A DNA stretch of 64,000 nucleotides. Source: an uncultured Verrucomicrobiae bacterium. Lineage in GTDB: Bacteria; Verrucomicrobiota; Verrucomicrobiia; Chthoniobacterales; JAFAMB01. The stretch covers positions 544,001 through 608,000 of the forward strand of contig CAVXLD010000007.1 of assembly GCA_963762565.1 (NCBI GenBank), read 5' to 3'. Shown in pieces: positions 59,211-64,000 of the stretch; the stretch's first letter is position 1, and the number at the start of each line of letters is the position of its first letter. A model generated the notes under the pieces. The model was not told the DNA's origin. It was given only the letters and a program-made list of their open reading frames with translations, and searched no databases. A program made the translations under genes and the position numbers.

Positions 59211-60464
59211 ATGATTCAGTTACCGATCACCGACATCCGGCAAGAGATTTTGGACGGAGAAATAACCGCCCGTGCACTTGCTACCATCGCCTTGGAGCAA
59301 GCTAATTCGAGTCCCGCCAAAAACACCTATGTGTCCATGGAGGAAGCGGATATCGAGCAGCAACTCTCCACGCCCAACCCGGCAACGGAGGAGACGCAAT
59401 TATTGCGCGGGATCCCAATCTCCGTGAAGGATTGTTTCGATGTGCGCGGGTATCGGACCAGTGTCGGATCGAGATATTACTTCGAGACCGGCGGAATAAA
59501 ATCGGAAGACTCTGCGTTGGTGCAACGGCTTAGAACCGTGGGAGCAACCATCACGGGTAAAACCCACCTGCACCAATTAGCTTTCGGTCTTACCGGTGAG
59601 AGCGAGGATTTTGGGAATTGTGTGCAATGCGATCGCCCAAATCTGCTGACCGGCGGATCCAGTAGCGGCGCCGCTGCTAGCGTTCTGGAAGGATCAGCCA
59701 TGGCCGCTATTGGGACCGACACCGGCGGATCGATCCGGTTTCCGTCCAGCCTCTGTTCATTATTCGGCTATCGCGCGTCACTAGGGACTGGTTCCTGGGT
59801 TGGGGGCCACCATCTGTCCGAATCGTTCGACACCATCGGATTTCTGTTCCGCCACCTGAAAGATGTTCAATTACTCGGCAAGGCGATCCTCAATATCCCA
59901 AGTGAGCATGATGCCGGAGGCACGGTCCGTATCGGCATAGTAAATTCGACTTTCTATGCGGATACCGAGCCGGAAATCGTTGCCGGGTTGCTGCAGTGGA
60001 AGGAGCGTTTCCCGAATTGTGAATTTGAGACTTTCAATGGGGGCGTGTTTGCAGAATCGCTCGAAATTTTCCGGGGCATCGAATGTCATGAAGCGGCGGG
60101 GTATCATGAAGGTCATTTTGATGAGTTCGAGAAACCAATCGCAGACCGATTGCATTGGGGCAGTTCTTTGTCAGAAGACCAAATAAAAGAGCTGCGCCGG
60201 CGCCATTTGGCTTCCAAGCAACAGATTGGCGCTCTTTTTGATCAGTTCGATTTTCTCTTGCTGCCGGTCGCCCCGGTTTCGTTGTTGGAAAACGGGACTG
60301 ACCATAACCCAGTACGGAACAGAATTCTGAGCTACACCACTCCCGCCAGCATTGGGGGTTTACCATGCCTGGCTCTCCCCAATGAAACTGGCGGATGCCA
60401 GTTACTAGGCCCGGCCGGCGGAGACGCTAAGCTCCTCACCTTCGCGAGCCGCCTGGCCGGCTAG
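59211..60464 (+). CDS. Amidase-signature family protein
   Basis: GIPISVKD, GGSSSG, GTDTGGSIR. Confidence 0.93.
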   Translation: MIQLPITDIRQEILDGEITARALATIALEQANSSPAKNTYVSMEEADIEQQLSTPNPATEETQLLRGIPISVKDCFDVRGYRTSVGSRYYFETGGIKSEDSALVQRLRTVGATITGKTHLHQLAFGLTGESEDFGNCVQCDRPNLLTGGSSSGAAASVLEGSAMAAIGTDTGGSIRFPSSLCSLFGYRASLGTGSWVGGHHLSESFDTIGFLFRHLKDVQLLGKAILNIPSEHDAGGTVRIGIVNSTFYADTEPEIVAGLLQWKERFPNCEFETFNGGVFAESLEIFRGIECHEAAGYHEGHFDEFEKPIADRLHWGSSLSEDQIKELRRRHLASKQQIGALFDQFDFLLLPVAPVSLLENGTDHNPVRNRILSYTTPASIGGLPCLALPNETGGCQLLGPAGGDAKLLTFASRLAG

Positions 60465-60920
60465 GAAAAGGAGCCAGGAGGAAACGTATGGGCGTGTCGG
60501 CGTGAATACGTATTGGTGTAGCCACTCGGCAACGTAAGGTGCGGCGTATAGCGCTGCGAATGGATGGGACTTACGGGACTGATGGGACCAATATGATGCG
60601 ACTTAGGTCCCAGGGGCTCAGAGGTCCATCGTCGAGCCCCCGCACACGCCGGCACGCCGACGCGCCCATACGCCCACACGCCCACACGCTCAGACGCCCT
60701 TCGTACTCCCTCATTGACGCCCCGGTCATTTTCGGCTTTCTGGAAGCGGGATGGAACCCGTAGAAAGCGCACTGGAAGCGTTAGGACTGCAGTTGCCGCT
60801 CGCCGCTGCTCTCCCGCTGACTTATAAGTCCTATACGTCCCATAGGTCCCATCTGCGCCACCACCATTACGCGCTGTCCGTCCGAGAACCGCGAACAGAG
60901 AACAGCGATTTCCAACTGCC

Positions 60921-61865
60921 ATGTCCGAACATTACCTGACCACTAAATCGACTCACGACCGTTGGAATCGTGACTTGCCGCCGCAACTCGACGTGGAGCC
61001 GGGGGATGTGGTTAAGTTTGACTGTTTCGATTCTAGCGGTGCGCAACTCGGGCCGAGCTCGACCGTTGATGATTTTCTTAAGCTCGATCGGAGCAAGGTT
61101 CATACGTTGACCGGGCCGGTCGCAATCAAAGGGGCTAAGCCCGGGGACACGTTGGGGGTGGACGTTGTGAATATCCAACACAAAGGGTGGGGGTGGACCA
61201 GCATCGCACCCGGGCTCGGTTTTCTACCTGACCGTTTTCCTGACCCGTTTCTTTTTATTTGGCAACTGGACGAAGAATCGACCGATTCACTGACGCCGGC
61301 CGTCGTTCCATTAAGGCCGTTTTGTGGCATCATGGGGGTGGCGCCGGCTGGTCCCGGTGAGATGCGAACCCGGCCACCGGGAGCTTTTGGCGGCAACATG
61401 GACGTAAAAGATTTGGTCGCCGGTTCAACCCTGTATCTGCCGGTCTTTAACGAAGGCGCGCTGTTTTCTCTCGGCGATGTCCACGCCGCTCAAGGCGACG
61501 GTGAGATCTGTATCAATGGCATTGAATGCCCAGCGGTAGTGACTGTACGGTTCACGCTGCTCAAGAATGCGCGTCTAAGTGCGCCCATGCTGGAAACAAC
61601 GCGACGCAGTCGGACCACCGGTGGTGAATGGACCATGATTGAATCCGATCAGGATCCACTGGCCGCAGCCCGCCGTGCACTGAATCGGATGATCGATTTC
61701 CTGGTCAACAACTGGAAACTTAGTCCGGAACACGCCTATCTGCTTTGCAGCGTGGCGATGGACCTACGCATTCACCAGGTGGTGAACACACCCCTGATCA
61801 CGGTGGGCGCATCTTTGCCTAAGTCGCTGTTGCCACTGCTGAAAAGCCCGGTGATTGGTGATTAG
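60921..61865 (+). CDS. Acetamidase/formamidase family protein
   Basis: LTGPV, GGNMD, GDVHAAQGDGE, AYLLCS. Confidence 0.94.
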   Translation: MSEHYLTTKSTHDRWNRDLPPQLDVEPGDVVKFDCFDSSGAQLGPSSTVDDFLKLDRSKVHTLTGPVAIKGAKPGDTLGVDVVNIQHKGWGWTSIAPGLGFLPDRFPDPFLFIWQLDEESTDSLTPAVVPLRPFCGIMGVAPAGPGEMRTRPPGAFGGNMDVKDLVAGSTLYLPVFNEGALFSLGDVHAAQGDGEICINGIECPAVVTVRFTLLKNARLSAPMLETTRRSRTTGGEWTMIESDQDPLAAARRALNRMIDFLVNNWKLSPEHAYLLCSVAMDLRIHQVVNTPLITVGASLPKSLLPLLKSPVIGD

Positions 61866-61989
61866 TGAGTAGTGATTGGTAAGCGAGCCGCCTGGCGCTC
61901 TGAAAAACGAACCGCAGATAGACGCAGATTGACGCAGATAAAAGGAGCCAGAATCCAGGAGTCAGGAGAGGCACGAAGCGCTGAGGGAT

Positions 61990-63903
61990 GTGCGCCTGAA
62001 AGTGCGCACCAACAGAAGGGTGAAAGTCCCCATCGGACGGGAACACTGGCCTGTCCGTAGCTGAAGGTAACTGCGTCGTCGAGAGGCGGGGTGGAGAGCA
62101 ACCGGAAGCGAAAGACCAGTCCATAAACAAAACAATGTTGAACTCGATTCGGCCTGATGCATTGGCGAGCCTGCCTCTTAGTGGCGAAGCCAAGAACGGA
62201 AACCGTCCCGTAAAGGGGGCGCGACAATTCCGCGACCTATTGCTGGCGAGAACAGTGAGCAGCGGGATAGGAATGCATGGGGTGGTTGGAGATAGAATGG
62301 TCAGAAGTTGGAGCGATATGAATCAGGGATCACGAACCGGGAAAGGAACAGCGTTCATGGCTGCAGGAGGGCCCGAAGAACTGTGCCCGGGAGGTGACAG
62401 AGCCTCCGTAGTAGCGAAGAAGCGGGGTAATGCCCGTGGAGCCAAGGGAGGCAGGAAGGTGGAAGCGTGAAAGAAAGAACGAAGGAACAAACAACCGTCG
62501 AGCAGTGCCCGAGAGGGCTCAACAAGGTGGAGAGATCCGTGCCCGATGGGCATGGGTGGAACCGGAAGTCTGGACGGAACGCATGTTGGCAACCCTGGAA
62601 ACGGGGATTGAAGGAGGAAAATGGTTTAGGCTGATCGATAAAGTCTGGAGTCCAAAGAATCTGGCAGGATCGCTGCAGAAGGTAGTGGCGAAAGGCGGAA
62701 GCGCCGGAATCGACCAGCAGAGCGCGTGAGTCAAATAGCCAAACACAAAGAGCAGACGATCCAGAAGCTGGAGCAAGAGCTAAGAGCCAATCAATACCAA
62801 CCGCAGGCAGTCAAACGGGTATGGATACCCAAGCCTGGGAGCCAAGAGAAGCGTCCGCTAGGAGTACCGACGGTCAGAGATCGGATCGTGCAAGGAGCAG
62901 TGCTCCAAGTCATTGAACCGATCTTCGAACGCGACTTTGCGCCGCAGAGCTACGGGTTCCGACCTGGGAAAGGATGTAAGGAGGCACTGCGCCGAGTCGA
63001 TGAGCTGCTCAAGGAGCGGCCATCACTGGGTAGTAGATGCGGATCTGAAAAGCTACTTTGACACCATACCGCAGGAGAGGCTGATGGAACGAGTCGGAGA
63101 GAAAATCGCGGACGGAAGAGTATTGAAGCTGATCGAAGGCGATGCTCCAGGCCGGAGTGATGGACAGCGCTGAAAGGATGGCAAGCGACAGAACAAGGGA
63201 GCCCGCAAGGAGCAGTAATCAGTCCGCTGCTTATCAAATATCTACCTGAACGGACTGGACTGGAAGATGGCCCGAAACGGCTTTGAAATGGTGCGATACG
63301 CCGACGACTTCGTCGTGCTGTGTGGGAGCCAGGAACAAGCCCAAGAGGCCTTAGAGCAGATCAGCCAGTGGGTAGAAGAAAACGGACTGACGCTGCACCC
63401 GAGCAAAACACGGCTGGTTGATGCCAGTCAAAGAGGAGGGTTCGACTTCCTGGGCTACCATTTTGAAAGGGGAAAGAAATGGCCGCGCAAGAAGAGCCTG
63501 GATAAACTCAAAGACACGATCCGGAGCAAGACCCGACGCACCAGGGGCAGGAACATGAAAGCGATCTGCGAGGATCTGAACCGGACCCTGAGAGGATGGT
63601 TTGGGTACTTCAAGCACAGTGATGCCGCACGTGCTCGAGAGCCATCGATGGCTACATGCGCGGACGACTGCGCAGCATCCTCAGACACCGGAGCAAACGA
63701 AAAGGCCGAGCTCGCCAAAGCGATCATCAACGATGGCCCAATAGCCTACTTCTCCGCGGTGGGCTTGTATCTCCTTAAAACAAGCGCACACTGCGGCATG
63801 CCGATCTTCTTGAAAGTTAACCACCAACTGGAGAGCCGGATGCGGGAAATCCGCCAGTCCGGTTCGGAGGGAGGGGCAAAGCCATCTTTGTCCCTACCCC
63901 TAT
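61990..63903 (+). mobile_element. Group II intron (endonuclease-less RT)
   Basis: 5' GTGCG at 61990. Domain V GAGCCGGATGCGGGAAATCCGCCAGTCCGGTTC, domain VI ending CCCTACCCCTAT at 63903, RT ORF inside. Confidence 0.92.
62467..63820 (+). pseudogene. ltrA: Group II intron reverse transcriptase/maturase, multiply frameshifted (decay or sequence error)
   Basis: KRPLGVPTVRDR, VVDADLKSYFD, GSPQGAVISP, RYADDF, FDFLGY and LRGWFGYF are split across frames. Ends approximate. Confidence 0.8.
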
Positions 63904-64000
63904 TTTAGCTAGGGTGAGTCTGCGAGCCCTAGGTATGGAGTAAAAAAAAGTGGTCAAGCGCTGAAGGCGCGAAGAAACGCCGTGGCGGCGAAATCCGGAC

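Noticed and set aside
62430..63908. RT as retron, DGR or defence RT, or programmed frameshifting
   Set aside because: GTGCG start, domains V/VI and a maturase region identify a group II intron. The breaks are too many and lack slippery-site logic.
1..64000. rRNA, tRNA, prophage or IS transposase genes
   Set aside because: No cloverleaf, rRNA-like tract, phage gene or DDE/HUH transposase ORF was recognised by eye. tRNAscan/Infernal were not run.

Overview
A 64-kb, moderately GC-rich bacterial chromosome segment. It is probably from a soil Verrucomicrobiota lineage; this is inferred from gene style (the glgC type, the TPR gene, many starts without a Shine-Dalgarno site) and is not proven. There are about 50 intact CDS: a DegP-like protease end plus a two-component system; three sugar ABC-transport clusters (one with a LacI-type regulator and a GH42 beta-galactosidase); a CecR/YbhGFSR efflux operon; glgC and glmS; a Tat-exported PaoABC-type aldehyde oxidoreductase; prolyl oligopeptidase; a stand-alone Ku; a GH15 glucoamylase; two amidases; and several orphans. 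A group II intron with a frameshifted RT ends the window. I saw no rRNA, tRNA or CRISPR. The most unusual signal is non-coding: most larger intergenic spacers are built from inverted-repeat modules of more than ten distinct families, often nested inside each other. (1) Eight copies of a four-box GGGAGCCGC element keep fixed spacer lengths while the spacer sequences diverge. (2) Heptamer tandem arms contain stop codons and supply the stops of at least ten genes. (3) Nonamer-period inverted repeats occur, one pair of which perfectly brackets a GxxExxY (PD-(D/E)XK-type) nuclease gene, a candidate autonomous element. (4) There are GTAG-type REP hairpins and a MITE with a solo end. The best candidate for an undescribed system is this nuclease-cassette/nested-palindrome ecosystem. 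Its mobility and function are inference, not demonstrated.
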